Assembly: GCA_964016885.1 (NCBI GenBank)
Contig: OZ024750.1
Span: 14,694,001-14,758,000 of the forward strand
Origin: Eledone cirrhosa
Taxonomy: Eukaryota
DNA length: 64,000 nt
Reading direction: 5' to 3'
Under the pieces are notes generated by a model. It was not told where the DNA came from and searched no databases. It worked only from the letters and a program-made list of their open reading frames with translations. A program made the translations under genes and the position numbers. Positions within the stretch are counted from its first letter, which is position 1, and each line of letters opens with the position of its first letter. Positions 13,251 through 26,697 of the stretch are shown piece by piece.

Positions 13251-14439
13251 GGCTAAAATAAACAAAGGAGATGAAGGAAGGGGGCAACAACAGCTATGGA
13301 ATGAACCCTAGTGGATACACAACTGCATGCTAAATACATCGCTGTACTGATTATTAACTCAAGGATTGAAGTATCTTTCCATAGAATGTTGTAAACAAGG
13401 AATTTCTTCAATATTTTTAATATAAATCCCATCATTTTTGATCAGTGCAATGCTAGTATATATAAATATAGCAAGCTCAAACATAACTGTTAAGTCCCTT
13501 ATCTGTTGTTTGCTTGAGGGTTCTCTCTCAGTATCTCCCTTAACACCAAAATATAGCAAATTCAACATCCTCTCACCACAAAGAAACTGATCTCAATCAA
13601 TCTTTAAAAATCATTTAAAAAATTATCTTTGTAGCATTTATTTGCACCCTCTCCAAAATATACAACATCTGGAAATCCCATATCATGAACATATCTAAAA
13701 CTGCATCAAGGAGATACGAGTTTCTTTTCAGATCTAATAAATATTTTAGCTTTGAACAATTACTGACATTGATAAACTCAAATAAACTCAACCAGAGAGA
13801 TGCTGCTTTGTAAAGGATGACTTATACATATTAGAAATGGTGGTATCTTATATTGGATAATATCCAGTAAAAAATCCACCTTCTCTAACAGCAAGCTCAC
13901 TTTTCCCCAACTGTAACTACAGCAACTTATCTGCTGAAATGGTTGTTCTATCACCTCATCACATAAGTCTCTTGTCTAGACGGATTACCTTTCAATATTT
14001 CTCTTCTGTACAACTGGACTAACCTCAAAAACCATTCCATCTTTCCATGCAAATCAACTAAATAAGATCCTTGTTAACAATCTATTCTCTTTGAAATAGC
14101 AAATTTATATCAAAATGAGAGCCATCTTTGTCCATTTGTCATATGAACAGCCAGTGTAACTACATCGTTGTATTTTGCAGTTCTCCTTGATATCAGAATT
14201 CAAAGTTATATCTCTCTAAATAAATTATATATTATCCAATCCCAATCCTTGCTAACAGGGAAAGCGGATGCTAAACGATGATGAAATAATATATATAAAT
14301 ATACACACACAGAGATACATATATTATATATGTGGTATTTTTTCAATATTGATATCTAAATTGGCTTATTTCCCATACATTACAGTACTTGAGTTTCATT
14401 GCTGAAGTAGTATACATGATGATGATGATGATGTGCATA

Positions 14440-14772
14440 TCATCATCATCATCATCATCATTTTACGTCTGCTTTTCCCCAATTGCAAGGGTGGGACGGG
14501 AACTGATTCTGGCTTGATTTCTACAGCTGGATGCCCTTCTTAACACCAACCTCATTTACAGTGAGTGCTGGGTGCTTTTTTGCCATGGCACCTCCATGAC
14601 CACTTTGCAGTGGAATGATATGGACCCCAGTCCCTATCATCTCATTTCTACAGCTGAGTAAACTGGAGCAATGTGAAATAAAGTGTCTTGCTCAAGGAAA
14701 CAACACATCACCCAGTCTGAGAATTGAACTCACAACCTTTCGATTGCAAGGCCAATGCTCTAACCACTACGC
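14440..14772 (-). mobile_element. tRNA-head CORE-type SINE with RTE-like tail (family C)
   Basis: Minus strand: TAGTGGTTAGAGC..GAGTTCAATTC head, CCTTGAGCAAGACACTTTATTTCAC CORE-like block, AAGGGCATCCAGCTGTAGAAA and a (GAT)n tail. Near-identical to 29400-29738. Confidence 0.8.
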
Positions 14773-15559
14773 CGTGTGTGTGTGTGTGTGTGTGTGTGCG
14801 CGTGTGTGCGTGCGTGTGTGTGTGCGTGTGTGTGTGTATATATATATATATATCATCTATTTATGTCAGTTTTCCATGCTGGCAATAGTTGAATGGGTTT
14901 TCATGGTCTGAAACTAGATGGGTCAGAGGAACCATATTCATGTGTTTCATACTGACATAGTTTCTATGGCTTGATTCCCTTCCTGATGCCGACTACTTCA
15001 GAGTGTAGTGGGTGCCTTTTATTGCAGTAACAGCACTAGGGCAATCCTTATGTTCTCAGCATGACAAAGTCCTACTTTAAGGTTCCATTAAAATGAAAGT
15101 CCAGACAGAAATTTGAAAGTGTACCTCGGAAATAACGAAATGTGCTCATTCACAAATCTAATTTCATGTATTACTGATATATATTTTCATAAGCATGTAA
15201 TAATTTTCAGTGCTCTATTTTAACTTCATTTTTCATAATTACTAAATTTATTCCATTACATTTTAGTGTCTGTTTTTCTATAGTAAATACAATTTTCACT
15301 TTAAGAGGCATATATATATAAATTGATTTGTCATTTGTGTTTACATTTCTATCTTTAATTTCACTTTAATGTATAATCCTTTATTTCTTCACTAGAAAAG
15401 CACATAAAAGGCCAGGAAACTCTAAATTAAATACAAAAAAAAAAAATACTAAAATCACATTTTCATAACTTTCAACAGAAACCTAACATATAAAACAGCA
15501 ACTCCTTTTGTAATGACAATCTTTTGGTTTTGCCCATGGCCCACATATGCATAATATTA

Positions 15560-16560
15560 TAGCTGCCTGATGCACCTTGATATCCTTATGTAGATCAACT
15601 CAACAAACTTGGCATCAATGAACTGAACTCATCTGTAATGCTAGATTTAACACTGGCTGGCAACAAGCAAAACTTTCCATGAATTTTGGTGGCCTAGGCC
15701 TTCACACAACATTTGATTTTGCACTGCTGGCCTACATCTTAAGCCCGACCCTCATCAGCAATGGTCCCTGCAAGATGTCAGACACTAAATGTGGATTTAG
15801 AAACTCAAGTCAGCTCTGGCTTGATGATGGCTTCACTGTCCCCCTGCATATTGGGGGACAGTGAAGCCATCATCACAGCCAGGACGACATCAAATGCAGA
15901 TCAACTTGCATATGGACTGAGTCTTCCATGGATCAACACTGCCTTGACTGCCTCCATTCTGCTTTGCAGTCCAACAGCAGTGGATAGTTCAATTTGATGC
16001 CCTCCTCATCAACCAGTACCCTCCTTGATGAATGTACCTGCATTGGAATGGCCCAGTGCTTGGGCCTCTGCATGAGTGAGTCACACAAATGCTACTGTGG
16101 TAATTGGAATGGCCCAGTACTGAGGCCTTTGCAAGTGCGAGGCACACAAATGCTACTGTGAAGCCATGGACATTCTTGTTGCCAAAGTGTAGGTCAGTTT
16201 CCTCAGCAAGCTACCTTGAATGATGTCTTGACACAGCCAGTCTCAACTGTCATAATGGCAAGCTCCTAGACAGAATACTCTTTTTACCGTTCATGAGACA
16301 AGTACATGTCTAATTTGGGATGCCACATGCTGCAATAAGTTTTCCACTTCCAGCCTTGTTGCTTCAGTCACAAACCCAGGCACTGCTGTCCATAACACAG
16401 AGAAGTGGAGGATGGCTAAACACCAGAACTTGACAGATTGCTTCCTTTTTGTACCAGTCATTGTTGAGATCTCTGGTATCCTACTTGAGGAAGGAGCTCT
16501 AATGAAGTGGAGTGGCTGAAGTGGTGGGTATCACTCACTGCTCTTTGCTATTTAGTGGCA
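15560..16560 (+). mobile_element. CRE-like non-LTR retrotransposon remnant (post-RT region and restriction-like endonuclease)
   Basis: WQQAKLSMNFGGLGL..DFALLAY, LGL..SESHKCYCG zinc knuckle (duplicated), CLIWDATC and FLFVPVIVEISG motifs. Confidence 0.75.
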
Positions 16561-19500
16561 GAGCACGGCTAAGCTACACCACCTTATTTTCATTATTATT
16601 ACAAACATATAATTTAACAGACATTTGTAGATGAAAATTCTCTTCTTTGTCATATCATATCTTAATCTTACATAAAAAAAAAGACATCGAAATGGTCCTA
16701 GGTCAACAGAGAACACCTCATTGGTACACCTGTTGCAGAGCCTTTCACATCTAAATAAAACATTAAGTTATTTGTACAAACAGTCAACCGTCCACGCGTG
16801 CTTTAGTTAGAAAAGGCAAACGTCCAATCAGGAAACAGTTTGAGCCGAGCTGTTATCGAATAAAGACTTTCACTCATTCATTCCTTCACAAAGCTGGGGA
16901 TAGTCGGAGTAAGTCAGGCCTACTACTGCAAAATTCATAAAACATTGAAAGGCAAGATTAGGAAAACACACAGTAAGAGGAGGAAATGAATCAGCAGTCG
17001 GTGATTTTTAACGACTTTATATTTGCGAGTGTTGGTATTCACAATAAAATGTGTCCCATTATTGTATAAGCTTATAGTGAGAGAATATTTAACGGCTATG
17101 TAAGAACGATCGTGCTTCTATCAATACGAAAGACAAGAACTAATGTTGGACAATAGGTGATGAATATTGAAGCTAAATAAACAATTGTAAATGAATGAAT
17201 AGCGACTGAAAAAGACAAACAGAAAACATTAATTTCTAGCTGTGTAGATGAAGTTCAAGAGAGAGAAAAAAACCGAAATAGCATCAATATGGCTACTTCC
17301 TAGTACGAATTAAGTGGTATTGGGTAATCGGTTATAAATGAATCTTCTGTTGTAACTTCATATATGTGTTATGAATGAAGGGGATATGATTTGAAGTCAA
17401 CTGGATCTGAGAGCGAGTTGCTTATAATTTAAGTAAATCACTAGTTACGCTCAACTATTTCCAAAATGTGTTCTGCTTCGTGATGTATGCTTCCTTTGAG
17501 AAATTTCACACCTCTTTTTTTTTTTTCTTTTCTCTCTTCTAACTGCCATGCCAACCAATTCGACATCAACATTAAGAAATAGGAGGTTTCATTGTAAAGC
17601 AAATGATCACGTCAAAAATTGTAATGATAAAAAAGATGGAAGGAATAAAAAAAAAACTGATGAATTTATGCTGTATAAGTAATTGGGAGTGGAACGGGGA
17701 AAGGAAAACTAGACCTGTTGCAACGAATGAGTGGTATCGATAATTATAGTAGTAGTACAGCTGAAGGATCAGTGGGGGTTGTGTGTTAAGTAAGGCAACA
17801 TGGACGTTTTAGTAAATGGGTCCTGCTTACTGATACTCAGTAATGGTGGAACGAATAGCCATACTTAAAGCAACAAAAAAATTCCTGTTTTCTCACTATA
17901 TTAACGGCAACAATCTCTAGCCGCTAGTGAAATTCAATATAACAGATGTATATTATATATTTGAATTGGAGAAGACAAGATTCTTGAAAGTGGGGATAGA
18001 GGAAGTAGTAGTAGTATAAAGGGTTGGATCTCCTAGTTGAATATTCCATCGCTGCCATAGGCGTGTAACACACTCAAATGTTGTCAGCATGGTAATATAT
18101 AGCAGTAATCTACACCTTTGCCAAACAGGAAATAAGACTGCTTGGCAAAATTAAAAACAAAGAAAATGATATGAGATTTTGGTAGGCAAGAATTTAAAAA
18201 ATAAATTTCGTTTTCGATACTTTGGAAATTGTCAGTTGCCCGCCAAATGATGGCGAACAAGAAAAAGCAGTTAAGAGCCATTATGACAGACAATAAAGAA
18301 ACAGAACTTAATATTAATAATAAAATAGTGATATTTTCGTAAATAATAAATTACATTTTTACAAGACCCTCTAAATTAAAGTCTTAAGAACGAAGGAACC
18401 TTTAACTAGACGGTCATTCAACCTGCTAGACACAGCAGCTAAATCTCCCTATCGGTTTTTTAAGAACATTGTAGTTAATGTTATACAAAATGAAGGGATG
18501 GTCACGACTGGAATGGCTTTTATCATTGGTCTACTCGATTATGGTTGACGCGCAGCATAACAATCTATAATACTGCACTATCACCAAACATAACTAGAAG
18601 TATATTGTATTCACTATCGTATTTTATTTCAATTAAGGGGAAAATAAACAAGATTTTCTAAACTACAAAATGGATAATTTAATTTTTAAGTTAATACCTT
18701 GGTTATTATACAATTATTTTTATTAATCTCTTTTAAAAAATGGTGTTGGATATCCTAAGACTTAAGTAGAATAAGTTAGATTTAGAAAAAGGGCGAAAAG
18801 TCTTGACTGTGCGAAGTAGGCACGTAAGCCGTGCGATAATAAAATATAATAAATATGAAGCAAAATAGCATTTGCATTGGAACATGTGTTTAATGTACAT
18901 ATTAAAATGTCGCTAAATGCTTCTGGCCTTTATATAGACAAGGGCTGTAACAATAACTACATACATCAATAATTTCACCATAAACTCGGGGAGGAAAAAA
19001 AAAAGTGAGCGTTAATTGTGAAAAATTAATTCGCAATGTGCGTGTAGTAATGTCGGTATGTATACATGTTGAACAGAAATTAGACACAGGAATAAAAGTC
19101 ACAATTTTGTCATGGGAAAATGTCACATTTTATTTACATACCATAAGTAATAGTTAATATAATTATGCAAATAATATTTTAAGCCGCTTATTAACTGACA
19201 ATATATGACTTGTAAACAACGACAATAAAATTTATATAATAGCACTACATGTATGAGGGTGGAAAATCGCGTTTATTTCAATATCTTAAATAAAAATAAT
19301 CAAACAAAATAAATTAAATCAGTTATTTATTAAAGTTTTCCTGTGACTTTTTTTTCCTGGATCAGTTAATGTCCTTTAAATGATACAGGAATACACACAC
19401 ACACTACATAGTTAAAATTTACAGCTGTCAACATGCCTGTAAACCTTCAGAATGTAATAGCAATGACATGCATCAACTAGACAGAAGGAAATGGATCTCT

Positions 19501-19857
19501 TTTTAATAACATAAGCAATCAAAGCTTAGATCATATATAATAATAAATTGTAATTATGACGAAGAACTACTAATTATTAATGAACATTTTTTACTGTCCT
19601 TTCTTTATTCGTGCTACTAAAAGATCCAAAATACTGCATAGTATGTCTGAATTTATGAAACGTCAAGAAAATAAATTGAAAGGCTTTACATGATTCCTGA
19701 AAATACTAAACGAACCTAACATAGATTTTCCCCCAAGCCTTTTTATTTATCAAGTATTTTTACATGTCAAATAAAACGTTTAAAGAGGACAGTGAGACAT
19801 ACATTACTAATTATAAACGTTGAATGACAAAAAAACAAAAAGGAAAGAAATACTCAC

Positions 19858-19881
19858 CCATAGTTCGATTCCCCAGCTCAT
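19858..19881 (-). CDS. FNBP1L: First coding exon of an FNBP1/FNBP1L (TOCA-1/CIP4) F-BAR family gene
   Basis: Minus strand reads gcagcc ATG AGC TGG GGA ATC GAA CTA TGG|gtgagta = MSWGIELW, with good Kozak context and a strong phase-0 donor. FNBP1/FNBP1L proteins start MSWGTELW|DQ on a similar 8-codon first exon. Exon 2 (DQ...) was not found in the window. Confidence 0.85.
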
Positions 19882-20260
19882 GGCTGCATCGATAAGATCT
19901 TAAAAATATTTTAGTAACAGCAAATCGACGAAGCCCTACGTCAATAAATGAAGGGGAGTTGCAGTGATGTTAATATGAGTATGTATAATTTAATTAAATA
20001 AGTTGCTAAAATGGTGATAAACGAAGAGTATATTAAGAAGGGAGACAGAGAGAAAATAGCGTGTAAAGTATGAGTGTATACTAGACTATAGTGATGATTA
20101 ACAATCCAATATGGCGCAGAGCGTAAGTCACGGAAAACACCACTTTCTCTCGATTCTACTATATTTCGCAGTAATATTTTTGCTGTAAGTTTATTTAAGT
20201 TCCTCAAATTTCAATTGTGATTCACCCGTCCCAACATGAATTTCTTTCCTGAAAATGAAG
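19882..20260 (-). promoter_or_regulatory. 5' UTR and core promoter of the FNBP1L-like gene
   Basis: Repeat-free, CpG-retaining stretch directly upstream of the ATG. Contains a YY1-like AATATGGCG (20108-20116) and an ETS-like CGGAA (20131-20135). Confidence 0.55.
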
Positions 20261-20899
20261 GCGTCTGCTTAATTGTTGAATGATGTAGCACACTATGTAA
20301 CTCGAAGCTAGATAAAAGTAGTTGGTTCATAGCAGTAGGAAGGATGAATGAATAAGGGAGATAATCTCACCATCAAAGAAAAGTTACAATTGAGAAATCG
20401 GAACCATACCATATATTAATTAGAAATAAATTATTAAATCTGGGGAAAAAATTAACCTTATTTCATTCTACATTCTCGGGAAATGAAATATACAAATATC
20501 ACTCCATTAAATTCAAATGAATATACACATACTTCGAGTTGCATTCATAGTTTGGAAGGATTGCTTAAACATGCTTGAAAACTGAAATTTATTGGTGAGA
20601 TGCACTGGGAAGTTGTGACATTTAAGCCTTTCCCAAAGGAATTAACTGTATAGGTAAACTGGTTACAACTAGGTCGTCTCTGCCAAGAACTTACTACTGT
20701 ACTATGATTTTACATTTATGCACTATGTACTACTGCACTATGACTATATATATATACATATATATATGTGTGTGTGTGTGTGTGTGCATATATGTATATA
20801 CATATATGAATGTATATATATATATGCATATATGAATACAGTCAGTAGGCATCTCTAACAAAATACACCCCCACCCCCACCCCATCCACACCGCCCCCC

Positions 20900-21208
20900 T
20901 TCTATGTAAAGTTGTGTTGGTGCCACACCATCCAGGCCGAAACAAATGAGATCGTGTAGGTGTCACGACAAAAAAACACACAGTCCACGCTGTAATGTGG
21001 CCGTGTAGGCAACACGGTAAAAACCTCCCAGACCCACACTGTAAATGTGGTTGGTGTTAGGAAGGGCATCCAACTGTAGAAAACCTGCCAGACAGTCCTA
21101 TGCGAGCAAGACAATCACTCTTGCCTCAAGTGGGAAAACCCCCCGTCCAAACCCATGCAAGCGTGGAACACGGACGTTAAACGTTGATGATGATGATGAT
21201 GATGATGA
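20900..21208 (+). mobile_element. RTE-tailed SINE-like element
   Basis: GTTAGGAAGGGCATCCAACTGTAGAAA...CCCATGCAAGCGTGGAACACGGACGTTAAACG(TGA)n. Confidence 0.7.
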
Positions 21209-21224
21209 TATATTTATGTGTATA

Positions 21225-21227
21225 ATG

Positions 21228-21279
<52 letters not shown>

Positions 21280-21280
21280 C

Positions 21281-21349
<69 letters not shown>

Positions 21350-21373
21350 ACATATATATATATATATATATAC

Positions 21374-21422
<49 letters not shown>
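21225..21422. repeat. (TA)n microsatellite
   Basis: About 200 bp of TA repeat; source of the YIYI ORFs. Confidence 0.95.
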
Positions 21423-21423
<1 letters not shown>

Positions 21424-21437
21424 CAGATATATATATG

Positions 21438-21782
21438 CATATCATCATTATCATCGTTTTTACATCTGCTTTTCCATGCTTGCATGGGTTGGATGAGTCC
21501 TTCTCAGCACAGCATTTTTTCACCTGCCGCGTTTCTTTGTCATCTCCTCTTGTGAGTCTCAGTGATTTGGGCTGACCACCTTCGTCCAGATCTTTCTCGG
21601 TCTATCTCTACTGCAACTTCCTTCCACTGGCATATCTTGGCATTCCTTCACCCATCGATCATCATCCATACCCATCACATGTTCGTACCAACGCAATCTT
21701 CTCTCCTGTACACCAACTCAGATTCCTCTTAAACCCAGCTTCTCCCTCATTTCATCCAAACTCTGCCTTTCTTTCACACTTA

Positions 21783-21788
<6 letters not shown>
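21438..21788 (-). mobile_element. RTE LINE 3' end
   Basis: RRLRWYEHVMGMDDDRWVKECQDMPVEG..RPRK-IW, then CCCATGCAAGCATGGAAAAGCAGATGTAAAAACGATGA tail. Confidence 0.85.
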
Positions 21789-21838
<50 letters not shown>

Positions 21839-22449
21839 ATTGTAGTTTGCTTGAAGTATTGTTGAATAGGAAATATAAATTTAAATAATTTTAAAAACCA
21901 TACAATGCATTAGAAAATTAAAGGTGCCAAGATAACAATAGAATCTTACCTTAGCAAATTTAATAATCCCAAATATTTTCGATTATCAAGGGAGTATCTC
22001 TGTGAAGGTCATAAAGAATTGATCGGAGAGGCAGATTTAAGTTAAATATATATATATACCCATGCTAGCGTGGAAGGTGGACGTTAAACGAAGATGATGA
22101 TGATGATATATATATATATATATATATTTATATACATAATGCTCTTTTAAATTGGTTTATGTCATGGATTCACAGTCAAATGTTTCCAAAAGATTCTTTG
22201 AGAGTAATTAAAAATTCTACATTGTATCAATTAAGTTTCTAAGTTCAGACTGAATTAGAAATTTCAAGTTTGCTATCATTCAATATACATATTTGTGTAT
22301 CTCCATAATTTATGTGTTACATATATGACCTTTTCATATAATGAATTAATAATTATACTTTCCTTGTATATGTTTATTGTGCTAAGAATATCTAGATTAG
22401 TGAAGAAAATACAGGAGCCTCCCTCTAGTATATTTTAGTCAAGCCAACA

Positions 22450-22830
22450 TACTTGCAGCATTACTGCAAGACTAAGGCACTGGAACAACCATGGGCATCA
22501 CCTCATACCCCAGTAAGGCAAGCCACCAATGAGAAGTTTGCCATCAATGGCTCAGTTCCTCAAAATGTCTTGAACACCACAGGCTGGAAAAAAAAACAAT
22601 TTTATTCCATTTGTCTACAGAAGCAGTGGCTTTCACATTTACCACAGCATCCAGGATGTAGGATGGAGTGAAAGAGTCATTGACTGTAGTATCCCAAATG
22701 AGACACCAACCTCTTACCCAGGGACAATTGGTAAGACCATCTGGTCTCTTCCCATCAACTCTGGACAATTGAACCAGCTTCAGAATTGAGGGGATATTTA
22801 CCCAAGCCAGGGCTCACTTCCTAATTAGAT
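22450..22830 (-). mobile_element. CRE-like retrotransposon endonuclease fragment
   Basis: SRVDGKRPDGLTNCPWVRGWCLIWDTTV restriction-like endonuclease motif. Confidence 0.8.
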
Positions 22831-23693
22831 TATTGTATGACATTTCAGCAATAACAGTACGTAATTTGAACATATCTTATGAATTCATATTCACAGAAAA
22901 TATTTTGAATTGCAAAATTAAAAACTCCTAGCAAGAGAGCCAAATTTGAATAGGTCAAATAAGAAAATCATAAAATCTTTGTGAAAAAGAAAAAAAGTTT
23001 AAGATTGAATGTTGGCTTGTGGTTAGCTGTTTGAATACTCAGGAAAAATATAGATCATTAGTTCATCTTTGTCTATATTCTCTGATCACAAACAAAGATT
23101 TCTTGTCTGTCTCAGATTTCTACTTATGATATCTTTTCAGCAGCAGATTCATTCATAAACACTTAAAATGCTGAGTGGAATTGGAAATAGCTGTAAAGAA
23201 TGTAGCTAAATATACTAAATAGTGTCAAGAAAAAAAAACTCATTAACATAAATAAAAATCTTAACCAGTTGATTTTGATTTTGATTTTGATTTTTATCTC
23301 TTTACAGTCAATAAAATAGAACCAATGATCATTGTCTTCCTTCAAAAAAATTTGTTTTAATCCTTGCAAAAATATTATTAAATCATCAGTTGTTGGAATC
23401 ACTACAAAACAGTAACATTTGATGCAATATATTCAGAACAGCCTTTCAAATGTTTGCAATCTGCTTTGACAAAAGCCATTTACTTAAATCATCTATCAAT
23501 TATAAATAGCACTTCTTGCACTGGACTCAATGATGGCTGTGTCCCATATCCTGTGACATCATCAGTGTCTGAAGGTCAACAGCTGCTGTGACACAAATGC
23601 TTTGATAATGATTTTGGAAGGATACAGTGGTCATTCAGCCCATAGGCCAGTGAACAACTATGGGTGCAATAACAACATTTCAGACAGAACTGT

Positions 23694-24134
23694 TTAACCC
23701 TTTATCATTTATAGTATATACAATAGTATATACTCTATATATACTATTGTATTTTTATAGTAAAGGCTTTATCTCACATAATTATCTCATGTGATACTGA
23801 ATCTATGAGATTTTGATGTTATTTATTTTGAGAACGATACCTTAACCCTTTAATGTTCAAACCGGCCAAAACTGGCCAGAGTTCTCTACCTCTTTCTGTT
23901 GAAAGTGGCTGTAACTGGTCACTCAAACTGATGTTAAGGTATTGTTCTCAAAATAAATACTTTCAAAATCTCATAGATTCAATATTATGTGAGGTAATTA
24001 TGCGAGGTAAAGCCTTTGCTATGAAAATATAATAGTATATATAGAGTAATGTGAATGCTAAAGGGTTAACATCAGTTTGAGTGGCTAGTTACAGCCAGTT
24101 TGAACAGAAAGAGGTTTAAATGCTAAAGGGTTAA
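23694..24134 (-). mobile_element. MITE family 1 (outer copy)
   Basis: TTAACCCTTTA at 23694 and CTAAAGGGTTAA ending at 24134. Split at its internal TTAA by a second copy. Confidence 0.8.
23842..24069 (+). mobile_element. MITE family 1 (inner copy, opposite orientation)
   Basis: Complete copy with TTAA duplicated at 23842-23845 and 24066-24069. Confidence 0.85.
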
Positions 24135-24939
24135 TATGCTTAGAATTAACTCTAGAGCAATTATTCTGGAAGTGAAACTTGTATAAATAAAACATACATT
24201 TTGCCTAAGAAACCCAACTATTTAACTTCAATGAACATATCAACAGTTTTCCAATAATAATTATAGAAGACATTTAGACATTTGATGATACATGCAACTA
24301 TAATAATTCACTAGATTCCATTCTGGAAATATTCATTTCTGAGAATGAATAGAAATCTCAAATTTTAAATAGCTAAATGAAACTAAAAGCTTCAAATAAT
24401 CAAACTAAAACAATATTAGCATTCTTTTTATAAAGTATGTATTCCCAAATTATGTTACACAGCTCACGTGGTGAAATATTGTATTATTATAGGTTTATTA
24501 TTGGAACAGTAGTTAACAATATATGAAATAACTTCATCATTAGAAAATGGGAAATGCTAATGCAATATTTTAGTAAAGGCTAAACAATATATATATAATC
24601 ACTTCATAGAAGGAGCTAATACTATAAAACTTGGAATCCATTTTGTTAAAAATTTGTTTTTTAGTTATTTTGTTAATAGTCACTAGTTCATTGATAGGAT
24701 AGATTATAATTTGTTTATATATATCCAATAAGAATAGAACTGCAAAATCTTAAGAAATCAAAGCAAATACTGCCAGAATATACAGAGAGCTCTTGTAGTA
24801 CTGAACTCAAGAATTTTTTTGTTCTTAAGAAGCTCATTTTACAATCATGTGGTTCCAGGTTTGATCTCACTGCATGGCATCTTGAGTAACTATCTTCTAC
24901 CATAACTTTGGATTGAATCAAACTTTGTAAATTAAAAAT

Positions 24940-25276
24940 AAGGTGGCGAGTTGGCAGAGTCGTTAGAACATTGGATAGAATGCTTTATGGTATTCGTTCT
25001 GGCTCTCTGTTCTCTCAGTTCAAATCCTGTTGAAGTCAACTGTGCCTTTCATTCTTTCGAGGTTGATAAAAAAAAGTACCAGTCTAGTACTGGGGTCGAT
25101 TCTTCCTCTATATCTTTCTCATTTCCTCTCTCTCACTTTCTATCTTTCTCTGGAAGAAATCTGCTTCACTTAGACCTGGAGAGGGATACGCCAGGATTAA
25201 AATGCCCAAGAAACGCCATATGTCAATGCCTTGTTCCTACAACTCTATCAGGAGTTACAGGACCATACAATACAAA
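24940..25276 (+). mobile_element. tRNA/Nin SINE with long alternative tail (family B)
   Basis: Nin core followed by a CT-rich block, CCAGG.TTAAAATGCCCAAGAAA and GGACCATACAATACAA. Matches 39134-39480. Confidence 0.8.
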
Positions 25277-26389
25277 CTAAAATGGGTGGATGGAAACTGC
25301 ATAAAGGTTTATTAGTAAGACTGTACTTCTTTTTAGGTAGTAGACTTAATCAATCACCTTGTTTAACCTTTAGCGGCATTCACCCTGTTGTAAGTAACCA
25401 GATCAGGTATCTAGTCTGAGAAAAACTAGATATCTTGATGTGCTACTTCCAACTGCAGCAACCCATAAATTGTAGGTCCATCCTCATTGCCCTTCACAAC
25501 AGTCACAGAAATCCTGTAAAAAAGGGCCAAAGTTGCTGCCCTTCTTTATCTGATTAAGCCATCAAAACATTTATTTTTGAAATCCACTTTCAGTTTACAA
25601 CGCAAATTACTATAACTAATATCTTAGTAAAACATTACAAACATTTCCGTAACTTCGCACTTGTGTCATCATAAATCTAAAACTTTCTTATGATATAAGC
25701 TAGCTTTATATTCTTACCTTTCAGTTCATTTCCTTTTCAAGTGTGGTACAATATTTTCTGATATCATTTCACACAAAATTAGGTTATCATTGTTTTTCCA
25801 ACTGTTGAAACATTTCATTTTTTAATTATATTATGATTAGATTTAGATTTATAACTATGCCAGAATTTGTAATGAGTTGGAGTAAATTCTTTGCTGTTTT
25901 CAAGCCAAGTCTTGTTGGTGTCAACACGTTGATTTTATCAATACTGAAAGAATAGCAAGGCGAGTCAACTTTGCTGGAGTTTGATTTCAGAATGTAGAAA
26001 AAGAAAGCTACGTTTGTGTGTATATGTGCGGAGAGATATTAGGGTATGCATTCTCTCTCTCCCTCTCTCTCCCATACATTATCCCCATTCAACAATCTGT
26101 CATAATACAGGAGAGAGAGTAGTGTTTACATCTGTCTGTATATACATACAGTATGGACTAAAAGTATACTGATGTATTCTTTAGCACTGTATAGCATTGA
26201 AACAAAATACTGTTAATGCATCAGTAATTCATTAATCAAACTAGCTGACAAGAATGTACTACATATATATAAAAGTTGGTCTCTCCAATTTACTTAAGCC
26301 CTTAATAATAGTGACTGTGTTCATAGACAGTTAAATCGGGAACTCAGTCACTGATGAAATCTCAACAAAAAGTTGAAACTAGCTCAGCT

Positions 26390-26672
26390 AATCTCTCCTT
26401 TTCTGACCATGAAGATATTGTATATACAGCATTTCTTGGGGATTTTAAGCCTGGTGGAGCTCATCCCTCTCCAGGCCTGAATACAGCAGATTTCTTTCTG
26501 AGAAGGATAGAAAGTAAGAGAGAGGAAGCGAGAAAGAGATATAGAAGAAGAATCAGCCCCAGTATTAGTCTGAGTCAACCTCAGTGGGATTTGAACTCAG
26601 AGTAGAGAGCCAGAAAGAATACCACAAAGCATTCTCTCTGACATTCTAACGACTCCACCAATTCACTGCCTA
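26390..26672 (-). mobile_element. SINE family B, degenerate, with most of the Nin core deleted
   Basis: Reverse complement of the family B head and tail. Confidence 0.6.
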
Positions 26673-26697
26673 TGTTTAGAGAGATGTAACTAAACCC

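Noticed and set aside
18819-18835. GCACG-taagc-CGTGC hairpin as a Helitron 3' end
   Set aside because: No CTRR terminus at the expected distance on either strand.
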